Assembly (NCBI GenBank): GCA_020347645.1
Contig: CP070736.1
Coordinates: 6,451-70,450 of the forward strand
Direction of reading: 5' to 3'
DNA: 64,000 nucleotides
DNA from: Methanobacteriota archaeon
GTDB taxonomy: Archaea > Thermoplasmatota > Thermoplasmata > UBA10834
Positions 27,508 to 37,261 of the stretch are shown in pieces; position 1 is the first letter of the stretch, and each line of letters starts with the position of its first letter. A program made the translations under genes and the position numbers. Below the pieces are notes generated by a model. That model was given only the letters and a program-made list of their open reading frames with translations, did no database searches and was not told the DNA's origin.

Positions 27508-28416
27508 ATGAGGATATGTGTGTTTGGAGCTGGGTCCATAGGCAGCTGCGTAGGAGGTATGCTAGCAAGGAGTCACGATGTGACTTTGATTGGGAGAAAG
27601 GCAAATGTCGACGCCGTCCGGGCGAAAGGGCTTATTCTTCAGGGTGCGATAAGAAGGAGGCTTAGAATTGATGCCAGAGAGAGCATTTCAGACCTATCAC
27701 CTCCGGATCTACTCATTGTAACTACCAAAGCTTACGCCACTCCGGCAGTGATTGAAGCCTGCAGTGGGTGGCCACGCGAAGACACGATCGTGCTGACGCT
27801 TCAGAATGGTCTCGGCAACCTTGAACAGTTGCGTCTTTGGAGAGGCGATTTTGCTTTGGGTGGAACTACGACTATGGGAGCCTCGCTGATTTCAACAGGA
27901 GTTGTCAGAGTCGCTGATGTGGGAAGGACAGTCATCGGATCTGACATGAACTCAGGAGCCGCGCGTTCCGTGGTCGCCGCGTTTCGTGCGGCGGGGATAC
28001 CGACAAAGACAACTAGGAATATTTGGGGGGAGATATGGTCCAAGGCCATTGTCAATGCCTCCATCAACCCAATCACGGCAATTCTGAAAATCTCGAATGG
28101 TGAGTCGATCAAGAATAGGATTGTCTCAAAGCTTATGATGGAGATATCTCGCGAGGGTGAGACAGTCGCATACAATCGCGGGATATGTTTGCCCTACAAA
28201 TCTATGTACTTGCGAACACGGGCGGTGGCTAGACAGACATCCTCAAACAAATCAAGCATGCTCAGGGATTTAGAACTCGGACGGAGGACAGAAATCCGCA
28301 ATATTAACGGTGAGATATGCAGGATGGGACTTGATGCACAGATCCCGACGCCATTAAACGCAGCTATGGTGGCAATGATCGAATCCTTTGAGCATTCAGT
28401 GGTGGAGAAAGGTTAA
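27508..28416 (+). CDS. panE: 2-dehydropantoate 2-reductase
   Basis: GAGSIG, TTKAY, LQNGLGN, WSKAIVN and SSMLRD motifs. Confidence 0.92.
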   Translation: MRICVFGAGSIGSCVGGMLARSHDVTLIGRKANVDAVRAKGLILQGAIRRRLRIDARESISDLSPPDLLIVTTKAYATPAVIEACSGWPREDTIVLTLQNGLGNLEQLRLWRGDFALGGTTTMGASLISTGVVRVADVGRTVIGSDMNSGAARSVVAAFRAAGIPTKTTRNIWGEIWSKAIVNASINPITAILKISNGESIKNRIVSKLMMEISREGETVAYNRGICLPYKSMYLRTRAVARQTSSNKSSMLRDLELGRRTEIRNINGEICRMGLDAQIPTPLNAAMVAMIESFEHSVVEKG

Positions 28417-28452
28417 TATCGTAACATTGTACTCTTTGAGCCCGGTGAAGAG

Positions 28453-29091
28453 ATGGTAGATGTCAAGGAACTAGCAGCGAACGCCAAGATACTTAAAAAG
28501 AAGGGGCTAAGCATCCGCGAGGTGGCGGACGAGCTGCATCTATCTGTAGACACTGTTAATTATCTCGTAGAGTACGGTCCTGAAGGCCTGCCGCCATCCG
28601 ACGTCAAGATAGGCTGGCGCTCAATCGGTGTATCCGGATACAGGATTGGGCTGATGGCTGAGTTGATGGCAGATATAGCCAACGAGGAACTTGGAAAGCA
28701 GGAGCAGGACGCGGACGTTGTTCTTGGAGTGTCAATAAACGGAGTACCGTTCTCTGCAAGAATGGCAGAAATACTCGGAATCGACGTTGGAGTGTACCGC
28801 CCGCACGCGGAGAGCCAAAGCGGCGGCGCTTTGAGCTCCAATTATGCCTCTGTCGGGGAGGGTAAGAAGGTCATTATTGTCGACGACGTATTGAGCACTG
28901 GAGCGACTATCAAAGGCGCAATCACCGATATAAAGGATGTTGGAGGCGTACCGGTCTTGACGATTGTCATTGTCAACAAGAGCAGTCTAAACGAAATCGA
29001 CGGAGTGCCTTTGAGAGGATTGATACGTGCTAGGTCTCTCGGAGGAACCATTTTAGGCGGAAGCGGCAAGAAGACATTCCCCTACGGCTAG
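28453..29091 (+). CDS. HTH-PRTase protein (orotate PRTase-like / GfcR-type regulator)
   Basis: N-terminal HTH (GLSIREVADELHLS), DVKIGWRSIG and the PRPP loop IVDDVLSTG. Confidence 0.85.
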   Translation: MVDVKELAANAKILKKKGLSIREVADELHLSVDTVNYLVEYGPEGLPPSDVKIGWRSIGVSGYRIGLMAELMADIANEELGKQEQDADVVLGVSINGVPFSARMAEILGIDVGVYRPHAESQSGGALSSNYASVGEGKKVIIVDDVLSTGATIKGAITDIKDVGGVPVLTIVIVNKSSLNEIDGVPLRGLIRARSLGGTILGGSGKKTFPYG

Positions 29092-30392
29092 ACGCTTCGC
29101 GCGGAAGCCTTGAGCGCTTCAAAAACGGGCATAGGCTTGCCGAGAATCATCCGTTCGATCGCACCGCCACCTGTGCTGATGTATGAAACTCGATCAGCGA
29201 TGCCCAATCTGTAGGCAGCTGCGCTAGAGTGCCCTCCACCTATAACGGAGAACGCCTCAGACGACGCTATGGCTTCGAAGATTTCGCGAGTTCCCTTCGA
29301 GAACTCTTCGATTTCATAGACTCCTGGCGGACCCGATAGCAGTAAAGTCTTGGATTGCGCTATTATTTGTTTGAATCTGACTATCGTATTGGACCCGATG
29401 TCCATGATCAAGGATTTCGAAGGGACGTCCTCAAGGCTATATTCTCTTCTCTTCCCGTCTTCATCCACCGCCCCATCAAGAGGAAGAGAGATCTTATGCC
29501 CCATCTTGGTCATAAGGCTCCTGACAGCGTCCAGAAGATCATCTGATATTGATCTCTGGACGAGTCGCTCCGTCCCCGCACCAACCCTCTTTCCTAGAAT
29601 CATTTGGTATGCGAATCCGGCCAATCCCGCAACAATTATATTGTCCACTTGCTTCGACTCCGCAAGCTTCCTAATGGCGGGCAAAGCGTCCGCGAACTTT
29701 GTACCCCCGAATATGAATGTAGAGGGTCTCGCCGGATTCCGAAGGACCTCTGATAGAGTCCGATACTCCTTTTCCATGAGTCTGCCGGCTGCCGAAGGCA
29801 GTGCGGCAGCGAATCCGACAAGAGATGCATGGGACCTGTGAGACGACGCAAACGCATCGTTCACGAATAAATCGAAATGAGGTGCCAGCGTCGAGACCAT
29901 TTCCGACGATGCATGCTCCTGTGGGGACAGCTTGAGCTGCTCGATTGGACAATCACGGACGTTCTGCATTAGGATGCCTTCTCCATTGCCCAGGGCGTCG
30001 ATTGCACGGACCGCCCGGTCGCCAAAGATGTCATTGACGTATTTGATCCTCTTTCCTGTATAGCTGCTAAGATGGGCAGCATGTTCGTTGAGCGTAATGA
30101 AGTCATAGTCCCCAGGTCTTCCCTGGTGAGCGAGGATAGCCAGACGTCCGCCTCTGTCCATTATCTCACGCACTGTGGGGACCGCGGAGGCAATTTTTGA
30201 CCCATCCTCAATCCTCAAAGTCTCCTCGTCTATAGGTGAGTTTATGTCTACTCTTAACAGCACCTTCCTGCCTTTCAAATCGAAATCGTCCAGTGTAAGG
30301 AATTCCAGTGATGGTCTAGATAAGGATGCCGTTTTGGTGTCATCGCCGGAATCGCTCTGGCTATCGGTGTCGTCCGATTCTATGTTCGTCAT
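29088..30392 (-). CDS. pgk: Phosphoglycerate kinase
   Basis: RVDINSP, AHQGRPG, NDAFASSHR and ISTGGGA motifs. Confidence 0.95.
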   Translation of the reverse strand: MTNIESDDTDSQSDSGDDTKTASLSRPSLEFLTLDDFDLKGRKVLLRVDINSPIDEETLRIEDGSKIASAVPTVREIMDRGGRLAILAHQGRPGDYDFITLNEHAAHLSSYTGKRIKYVNDIFGDRAVRAIDALGNGEGILMQNVRDCPIEQLKLSPQEHASSEMVSTLAPHFDLFVNDAFASSHRSHASLVGFAAALPSAAGRLMEKEYRTLSEVLRNPARPSTFIFGGTKFADALPAIRKLAESKQVDNIIVAGLAGFAYQMILGKRVGAGTERLVQRSISDDLLDAVRSLMTKMGHKISLPLDGAVDEDGKRREYSLEDVPSKSLIMDIGSNTIVRFKQIIAQSKTLLLSGPPGVYEIEEFSKGTREIFEAIASSEAFSVIGGGHSSAAAYRLGIADRVSYISTGGGAIERMILGKPMPVFEALKASARSV

Positions 30393-30589
30393 CCCAGCCC
30401 CCATTTCATTTGACAAGTAGATTGTCACACGAGAGTGCCGATGATTACCGGATTGAGACTGCCATATAAATCATTGACGAAGCCATCGGAATTGTGAAAG
30501 GCATGGTAAAGTATTTAGGAGCAGTAGCGTGATTGCTAGTCGAGACATGATAAAACCATGTCCAGTTCTCGGGCAGTTAGTGCCAGGAT

Positions 30590-31747
30590 GTGCTTGAATT
30601 GAAGGCTACCGAAATAGGCAGAGTGCTCGTGAAGGATATCATGAGAACACCAAGGATGACCGTGAACAGAGGAGAGACCGTCTCGGACGTAATCTCGAGA
30701 ATGAGGAAGGGACGTGTCAGGGAATTACCGGTTGTCGAAGATGATAGGCCACTCGGCCTGATCAGCTACTACTCTCTATTGTCGCGGAGAAACCTCCCTC
30801 TCGCTGCAAAGGTGGAACACATAATGGTTCCTTGCCCGAGACTTGAGGAGGATGCGACGATGATCAGCGCAGCTGAGGAGCTTATGTCTACAGGCGTCAG
30901 GGGAGCTCCTGTCGTTCGCAATGGCAAACTCGTTGGATTTCTATCGAGAACAGACATAATCCGCGTAATCTCCGATATGAACGAGCTGAGAAGGAGACCG
31001 GTGGAGTCGATAATGAGCAAGACGCCTGTCTCCGTAATGAAGAGCGAGCCAGTGAGAAAGGCTCAGACACTTATGATGGGTCTAAACGAGAAAGCTCTCC
31101 CCGTCGTCGAGGAAGATGGCAGCCTCATCGGGGTGATCGGCATGACAGAAGTCATGGATGTAGTATGGTCACCGCGGGCATCAAAACCGCCTAATGAGGT
31201 GCGTGGAGACAGGGAACCGGCCGACGTTAGAGTGGATAGCGTGATGAATCGAAACCCAGTAAGGGTTTCATCGGATGACACGCTGGACAAAGCGACATCC
31301 TTGATGATGTCTATGAATCTCTCAACAGTCTTCGTCACTGACGATGGAAGACTCGTTGGTGTTGTCTCTCAAGCGGACATCATGGAGCAAGTCATTAGTT
31401 TGAGGCCTCAGGAAGGAGTTTACGTGCAGATAACCGGACTCGATGCTGAAGATCCAGAAGTCTATGAAGTTATGTATGATCAAATAGGCAAGTCCATGAA
31501 GAGGATCGACAAGATACAATCGCCGAAGGTCTTCTCTGTGCATGTCACAGCATACCATCAACATGGCTTGAAGAACAAATACAGTCTGGGCGCAAGGCTT
31601 ACGACGGACAAGGGGATGTACTACTCCAAAGGAAGCGACTGGCACCTCTACAGATCTCTGGACTCCGTTCTGGACCTACTGGAGAAGAGCGTTAGAAAGA
31701 ACCATGAGAAGCAGCTCGCTGCTCGCCGAAGGAAGCAAGAGTCATAG
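30590..31747 (+). CDS. CBS-domain protein (4 CBS) with C-terminal HPF/RaiA-like domain
   Basis: Four CBS repeats, then YVQITG...VHVT...SDWHLYRSLDSVLDLLEKSVRK resembling HPF. Confidence 0.82.
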   Translation: MLELKATEIGRVLVKDIMRTPRMTVNRGETVSDVISRMRKGRVRELPVVEDDRPLGLISYYSLLSRRNLPLAAKVEHIMVPCPRLEEDATMISAAEELMSTGVRGAPVVRNGKLVGFLSRTDIIRVISDMNELRRRPVESIMSKTPVSVMKSEPVRKAQTLMMGLNEKALPVVEEDGSLIGVIGMTEVMDVVWSPRASKPPNEVRGDREPADVRVDSVMNRNPVRVSSDDTLDKATSLMMSMNLSTVFVTDDGRLVGVVSQADIMEQVISLRPQEGVYVQITGLDAEDPEVYEVMYDQIGKSMKRIDKIQSPKVFSVHVTAYHQHGLKNKYSLGARLTTDKGMYYSKGSDWHLYRSLDSVLDLLEKSVRKNHEKQLAARRRKQES

Positions 31748-32746
31748 ACTCCAGTACTCTGACGCATTCTTGCTGCATCTTTCAACCGCGCTTCTGCCGA
31801 GACAGTGCTTGTCGGTTATGTCAGTAAATTCAAGGGGCACCTCCACACCTATGAACTCACCCACCGTTGCCGCAACCACCTCCGAAAGGGCGGGCACATC
31901 GTAGCCGCCTTCAAGGAAGAAAGTGATTCTATTGCCACACTCCTTGGAAAGAAGCAGGAGTTCTTTTGCCATCGCTAGGTGTCCGTTCGAGGATAAGCTG
32001 AGCGAGGCCAATGGGTCACGGTAGTGTCCATCGACTCCAAATGATACTAGTATTGCGTCAGGTCTAAACTGCCTGACAATCGGGGTTATGACTTTCGAGT
32101 ATGCGCTGTGGAAGGTGGAGTCGCCGCATCCAGATGGCAACGGTATATTGATCGTGAACCCTTTGCCATCATCATTTCCGAGAAAATCTACGCTACCCGT
32201 TCCAGGGAAGATCCCAGCTTGATGTGTGGATATGTAGAGGACATCCGCGCGGTTCCCGAAAACGTCTTCCGTTCCGTTGCCATGGTGCACGTCGAAATCC
32301 ACTATAGCTATGCTTTGGTCTCCTGTGTTCAATAGATGCTCGGCGGCAATTGATATATTGTTGAAGTAACAGAACCCCATTCCGTAATCCGGTCCCGCGT
32401 GATGGCCTGGAGGTCTAGTTAATGCAAAAGCCGGTTTTCCTTTCTCTCTCGAGTATTTGACCGCATCGACGCCGCATTCGGCCGAAAGAGCAGCGATTTC
32501 GTAAGTGTCTGGGCGGACCAAGGTATCCATTGTCAAATTGCATTCGCCAGCATTCCGAATTAGTTTTATGTAATCCTCGTTGTGAACGAGTTTCAGATGC
32601 TCAGGTCCTCTGAAGGTTGAAGAAACGACATCTCTCCAAAGACCATATCGATTAAGCTTTTGGGATATGCCTTTAAGACGTTCAGGTGACTCCGGATGAA
32701 AAGGCATCTGCGCGTGATTGAGGAATTCAGCATTGTAGAACAACAT
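31742..32746 (-). CDS. Histone deacetylase family amidohydrolase
   Basis: HPESPERL, RPPGHHA, GFCYFNN, DFDVHHGNGT and LEGGY motifs. Confidence 0.95.
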   Translation of the reverse strand: MLFYNAEFLNHAQMPFHPESPERLKGISQKLNRYGLWRDVVSSTFRGPEHLKLVHNEDYIKLIRNAGECNLTMDTLVRPDTYEIAALSAECGVDAVKYSREKGKPAFALTRPPGHHAGPDYGMGFCYFNNISIAAEHLLNTGDQSIAIVDFDVHHGNGTEDVFGNRADVLYISTHQAGIFPGTGSVDFLGNDDGKGFTINIPLPSGCGDSTFHSAYSKVITPIVRQFRPDAILVSFGVDGHYRDPLASLSLSSNGHLAMAKELLLLSKECGNRITFFLEGGYDVPALSEVVAATVGEFIGVEVPLEFTDITDKHCLGRSAVERCSKNASEYWSL

Positions 32747-32854
32747 TATGCAGACTTGAACTGGCTATGCATAGATAATGGTTTTCCGGCTGAGCCCACT
32801 GCATCTGTCACAAGATTATATTTGACATATGTGTATATTATGCCGGAGTTGAGA

Positions 32855-33454
32855 ATGACATCAGCTGAGATATTCTACTTCGACGAGCCCGGAAGGCAGA
32901 ACACGGATACGGTGATCGACCTCGTGTCGAAAAGCCTCAGGAAGACCGGTATCGGGACCGTTATCATAGCTAGCAGTTCAGGGGAGACGGCCTTGAACGC
33001 CATAGAGCACTGGTCCAATGCTTGTAGTAATGTGGTGGTTGTCACTTCCCACGCTGGTTTCGCAGGCGAGAATATGCTTGATATGAAACAGGAAACGGAA
33101 GAAAAGATCAAACTCACTGGCGCGAAGTTGGTACGGGCTTCTCACGTTCTCTCGGGATTGGAGCGGTCCTTTACCAGAAAATTCCATGGAGTTTCTCGGA
33201 CTGAGGTCGTCTCGGAGACCTTGCGCGCTCTGTTTGGGCAGGGTATGAAGGTTTGTGTAGAGATATCCGTCATGGCTTCGGACAGCGGAGCAATTCGCTG
33301 CGGAGACGAAGAAATAATTGCTGTCGGGGGTACGGGCGATGGAGCAGACACAGCCTGCATCATAAGGCCCGCTCATGCGAACGACTTCTTCAGATTCGAG
33401 GTGAGAGAAATCATTGCTATGCCCAGGCGCAAACGAAATTCAGGATACAAATAA
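32855..33454 (+). CDS. Pyruvate-kinase C-terminal-like alpha/beta domain protein (conserved archaeal)
   Basis: YFDEPGRQNT, ASSSGETA, GQGMKVCVEI and GGTGDGADTA motifs. Confidence 0.8.
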   Translation: MTSAEIFYFDEPGRQNTDTVIDLVSKSLRKTGIGTVIIASSSGETALNAIEHWSNACSNVVVVTSHAGFAGENMLDMKQETEEKIKLTGAKLVRASHVLSGLERSFTRKFHGVSRTEVVSETLRALFGQGMKVCVEISVMASDSGAIRCGDEEIIAVGGTGDGADTACIIRPAHANDFFRFEVREIIAMPRRKRNSGYK

Positions 33455-33480
33455 TACTATGAATGTAATACGGTGTCACC

Positions 33481-33864
33481 ATGGACTTAACAGATGTCAT
33501 CCTGTTGTGTACCACAATTCTGATCGTCATCTTCATCTTCTACATTAGCGCAGCAATAGTGGCACAGGATTGGTCCGTAACACCTTCGTATATCTTGCGC
33601 GTGCTGGCCGTTTCATTGATATTCGTCTTCATAGTACCGATGGTCAGCGATTTCAGTAGCGATCAAGAGTTGTCTAGTCTGATGGTCCTGCTTTCCTTCA
33701 TGTTCTTGGTGGTCCTAGTCAGATTCGTAATGGTTGAAGAGCTTGCCGTTGCGGATGACTGGCTAGCATCAATTGTGATATCCTTCATAGGAGTGACGAT
33801 GATATTCATAATCGAGGTTCTTTCAGATCAGCTTCTAAATCTTGAACTACAATCGGTGGTCTAG
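33481..33864 (+). CDS. Hypothetical membrane protein (about 4 TM)
   Basis: Almost entirely hydrophobic 127-aa ORF. Confidence 0.7.
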   Translation: MDLTDVILLCTTILIVIFIFYISAAIVAQDWSVTPSYILRVLAVSLIFVFIVPMVSDFSSDQELSSLMVLLSFMFLVVLVRFVMVEELAVADDWLASIVISFIGVTMIFIIEVLSDQLLNLELQSVV

Positions 33865-34949
33865 AGTCGTCGCATGTCCTTCGAGCAGGATGTCAGAACG
33901 CGACAACCGTTCTTGGTAACTAGGACATCGTCTTCTATTCTGACTCCTCCGTACTTATTGATGTATATCCCCGGTTCGACCGTGAGGACCATCCCTTCCA
34001 TCAGAGTCATATCGTTCGCTGATGATATGGATCCAGGGTCATGAACGGATACACCGAGGCCGTGGCCAGTGCTGTGTATGAACCGCCCACTGAACCTGCT
34101 ACTGTCGATTACGTCTCTTGCCGCCTCGTCAACGACAGCTCCGCTCACGCCATCCTCTATCGCGTCTATCGCTGCTTCCTGTGCTTCGAGAACCGTTTCG
34201 TAGATGTCTTTTTGACGCTTACTTGGCGGTCCGCATACGAAAGTCCGTGTAATGTCTGAGACATACCGCTTGTAGGAAGCGCCAAAATCGAAGAGAGCGA
34301 AGTTGCCCTTTCTCAACCGTCTTGTCGGCGAAGGAGCGTAATGTGGCTCAGCGCTCTTCGCTCCGAATGCTACCGTTGAGTCGAACGCAGGAGATGAGGC
34401 GCCCAGCTTCATCATTCTGTAAATGAGCTCTGCAGAAGCTTCGGTCTCCGTCATTCCCTCTTCAACCATATCAGGTATCGAATCGCAAGTCTTGGATGCT
34501 ATCTGACAAGCCTTCTTGATTCGAGTCAATTCGTCCGGCTGCTTTATCATGCGAGCCCTAGACAGTTCTTTCGAGACATCTATGAGTCTAGCTCCGCCAG
34601 ATAGCTTCTTGATAAGCTTGTGGTTGGATACCGTGAGCTCTCTGGCGTTAATACCGATCTTGGAGTAGCGCGACAGCTTCTTCTTCATGATCTTTGCGCG
34701 ATCCTGACCATTCTCAAACACTGAGATCTTTATGCCCGCGTCAGAAGCGCTGAGCGATTCTAACTCAGAGGTGATAACCTCGATTCTTCTTGGCTCGAGG
34801 ATAGCGATGCAACCTTCGAACAAGCCTGCCGTAAGCCCTGTCGCGTAGAAGAAACAAGAGTCGAGGTTTGGTTCAACGGCATTCATAAGAACAACGGCGT
34901 CCAAATCTCTGCTGATGACCGAGAATACAACTTCTTCCTTCGATACCAA
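33861..34949 (-). CDS. Xaa-Pro aminopeptidase / prolidase (M24B)
   Basis: SAEPH, DFGA, SDITRT, HSTGHGLG, TVEPGIY and GVRIEDD motifs. Confidence 0.93.
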   Translation of the reverse strand: MVSKEEVVFSVISRDLDAVVLMNAVEPNLDSCFFYATGLTAGLFEGCIAILEPRRIEVITSELESLSASDAGIKISVFENGQDRAKIMKKKLSRYSKIGINARELTVSNHKLIKKLSGGARLIDVSKELSRARMIKQPDELTRIKKACQIASKTCDSIPDMVEEGMTETEASAELIYRMMKLGASSPAFDSTVAFGAKSAEPHYAPSPTRRLRKGNFALFDFGASYKRYVSDITRTFVCGPPSKRQKDIYETVLEAQEAAIDAIEDGVSGAVVDEAARDVIDSSRFSGRFIHSTGHGLGVSVHDPGSISSANDMTLMEGMVLTVEPGIYINKYGGVRIEDDVLVTKNGCRVLTSCSKDMRRL

Positions 34950-34997
34950 GTAATCACGCGTCGAAATACTCCTGACCGTATAAATGAATGGCGCGCA

Positions 34998-35804
34998 TTA
35001 GGCGCCAATCCAGGACGATCCCGTGATCTTCCTTATCGCTGAAATAGCAGACATCGCTGCAAGATGACTGGTCTTCGGATTCTTTGGTGAAGGTACATTT
35101 CTGGTGACGAAGTCGAGCTCTCCGAACTTCCCTCTTGCTCGAAGGCGATGCTCGTTTGTCTTCACCTGGGGATCACAGACGATTCTGACTTTCGTTCTGT
35201 CGAAGCCCACGCCTGCCAAGGAGACAGTTGCCGCGACATTGACGTTTTGAGGGAAATGTCTCACTGCCTCTCGCGCAGTGCCATCGAACAGGTCCGTTCT
35301 CACGCGTAACTCGGATGGATCAATCCCTTTCTCAATCAGGTAAGCGTTGCCCTCAAAGGCAGACGGCGGTTTGGTCGTGATTAGAATGACCTCCTCAATA
35401 TCTCCCAGCTTGCCAGCCGACAGTGCATCGATTCCTCCAATGGCTCCACTTGGCACGTATATCTTCGCTCCTTTGCGCTTTGCCAATCTGAAAACGTCGT
35501 TTTGGAATTCTTCGTCATTAAGCACGCCAACACTCATCATCAACACATCAACACCCGCGGAGAGGGCGAGCGGAGTGTAGTAACGCGCTGCATCCTGGCT
35601 CGCAGCTTCGACGACGAGTCTGATGTCACTCAGTATAGGTACTATGTCCGGGACATAGCTCACCTTCGACAGTTTCTCCTGCAGCTTCGTCGCACACTCA
35701 TGAGAACGATCTGTTAAGTACACAGTTTTGAAATCTGGTGTATGCTCTGCCTCGCGGGCAATAGTCGTACCTATCGCACCGCAACCTATTACGCAGATGT
35801 TCAC
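34998..35804 (-). CDS. nadX: L-aspartate dehydrogenase
   Basis: GCGAIG, PSGAIGGID, NVNVAA and NPKTSHLA motifs. Confidence 0.93.
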   Translation of the reverse strand: MNICVIGCGAIGTTIAREAEHTPDFKTVYLTDRSHECATKLQEKLSKVSYVPDIVPILSDIRLVVEAASQDAARYYTPLALSAGVDVLMMSVGVLNDEEFQNDVFRLAKRKGAKIYVPSGAIGGIDALSAGKLGDIEEVILITTKPPSAFEGNAYLIEKGIDPSELRVRTDLFDGTAREAVRHFPQNVNVAATVSLAGVGFDRTKVRIVCDPQVKTNEHRLRARGKFGELDFVTRNVPSPKNPKTSHLAAMSAISAIRKITGSSWIGA

Positions 35805-36123
35805 GCTGGAATGATTGGCACATGCCTTATAAATTCTTGCTTTCCGGCTTATCCCTGGAGTTATCTCGGAAGGAGTTCTGAGGCGCCCATATCCTTTTTG
35901 TGCCCAAGTCGCAATGCTGGTTCTAAGGTGCGAAGTTGAGACGGAATATACTTCTCAAGTATTTCGATACCAAAGACTCCGGTAGCGCAAAAATATCTGA
36001 ACTAAGGGCTGAGGAAGCGTAAAATGCCTCCATTCGCGGTCGCTTGTCCGACATCGATGTTGTATTCCGGAAGAGCATTACCGGCCATTGATCAATGTGA
36101 GAATTGCAGCCGGGTGACATGAA

Positions 36124-36813
36124 ATGAAAGAGGCTCGCTCCGCGAAGTCCATTGAGAAGAAAGCAGAACGTGTCAACATTCTATTGACATCAGTGTATGG
36201 ACGAAAGGAACGAACTTGCGGAGACGACCCGTTGGATACTCTGATTGAAACCATATTGTCACAAAATACGAGCGACATCAATTCTAGCAGAGCATTCGAG
36301 TTACTGAAACGCAGGTATCCTTCCTGGGAAGAGCTTCTTGAAGACAGTCCTGAAAACATCGCGGATACAATACGTTCGGGGGGCCTTGCTGAAATCAAGG
36401 CGAGGAGAATTCTGGGAGCGCTGAACCTGCTCAAAGCCGAGAGGGGAGGATATGATCTTGGCTTCCTCTCAAGTATGACTTCTGATAAGGCCGCAAATTG
36501 GCTCATCTCGATTGAGGGCGTGGGTCCAAAGACGGCGGCAATAGTGCTTCTGTTCTCGTTTGGGATGCCTACCTTCCCGGTCGATACCCACATTTTCAGG
36601 GTAAGTAAGAGATTGGGGCTCGTTCAAGAACGAACGTCGAGAGAGAGCACCCAGAAGGAACTTGAACGACTCATCGACCCTGAGGAATACTACAATATGC
36701 ATCTGAACCTCATTGAGCACGGTCGTAGGGTTTGTAGGTCAAGAAGACCACGCTGCGAGGTATGCGCCCTGTCCGGCCTGTGTCTCCAATATCGCAAGAC
36801 CGTGAAAGCATAG
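36124..36813 (+). CDS. nth: Endonuclease III
   Basis: ILSQNT, GVGPKTA, PVDTH and 4Fe-4S motif CRSRRPRCEVCALSGLC. Confidence 0.92.
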   Translation: MKEARSAKSIEKKAERVNILLTSVYGRKERTCGDDPLDTLIETILSQNTSDINSSRAFELLKRRYPSWEELLEDSPENIADTIRSGGLAEIKARRILGALNLLKAERGGYDLGFLSSMTSDKAANWLISIEGVGPKTAAIVLLFSFGMPTFPVDTHIFRVSKRLGLVQERTSRESTQKELERLIDPEEYYNMHLNLIEHGRRVCRSRRPRCEVCALSGLCLQYRKTVKA

Positions 36814-36837
36814 GCTTGATATACCGACAAAGGTCTT

Positions 36838-37251
36838 GTGATGTTGATGAGATATCGTCTACTGGAACACACGGCGGATGCAATGATTGAGGCATATGGA
36901 GACACGCTCTCCGAGAGGTTTGCGAATGCAGCGTATGCCATGTTCGATCAGATAACAGATGCGAATGCTATCACTTCTGTCGGGGAGGTAACGATGTCTC
37001 TCAGCGCTGACAGCACCGAACAGCTCCTAGTAGACTTCTTGCAGGAGTTGCTCTTCCTGCACGACACCGAAAACTTGGTGTTTGCGGAATTTGAAGTCAG
37101 AGTCACCGGCAACACTCTTGAAGCGTCTGTCCGAGGGGAGCAGTTTGATGATAGTCGTCACCAGAAGAGGGCGGTCGTAAAGGGCGTCACCTACCACAAT
37201 CTGAAAATCGACGATGATATGCAGAAGATAGTCCTGTTGCTGGACGTCTGA
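36838..37251 (+). CDS. Archease
   Basis: LEHTAD and VKGVTYH motifs, C-terminal LDV. Confidence 0.93.
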   Translation: MMLMRYRLLEHTADAMIEAYGDTLSERFANAAYAMFDQITDANAITSVGEVTMSLSADSTEQLLVDFLQELLFLHDTENLVFAEFEVRVTGNTLEASVRGEQFDDSRHQKRAVVKGVTYHNLKIDDDMQKIVLLLDV

Positions 37252-37261
37252 GAGGGTAATC

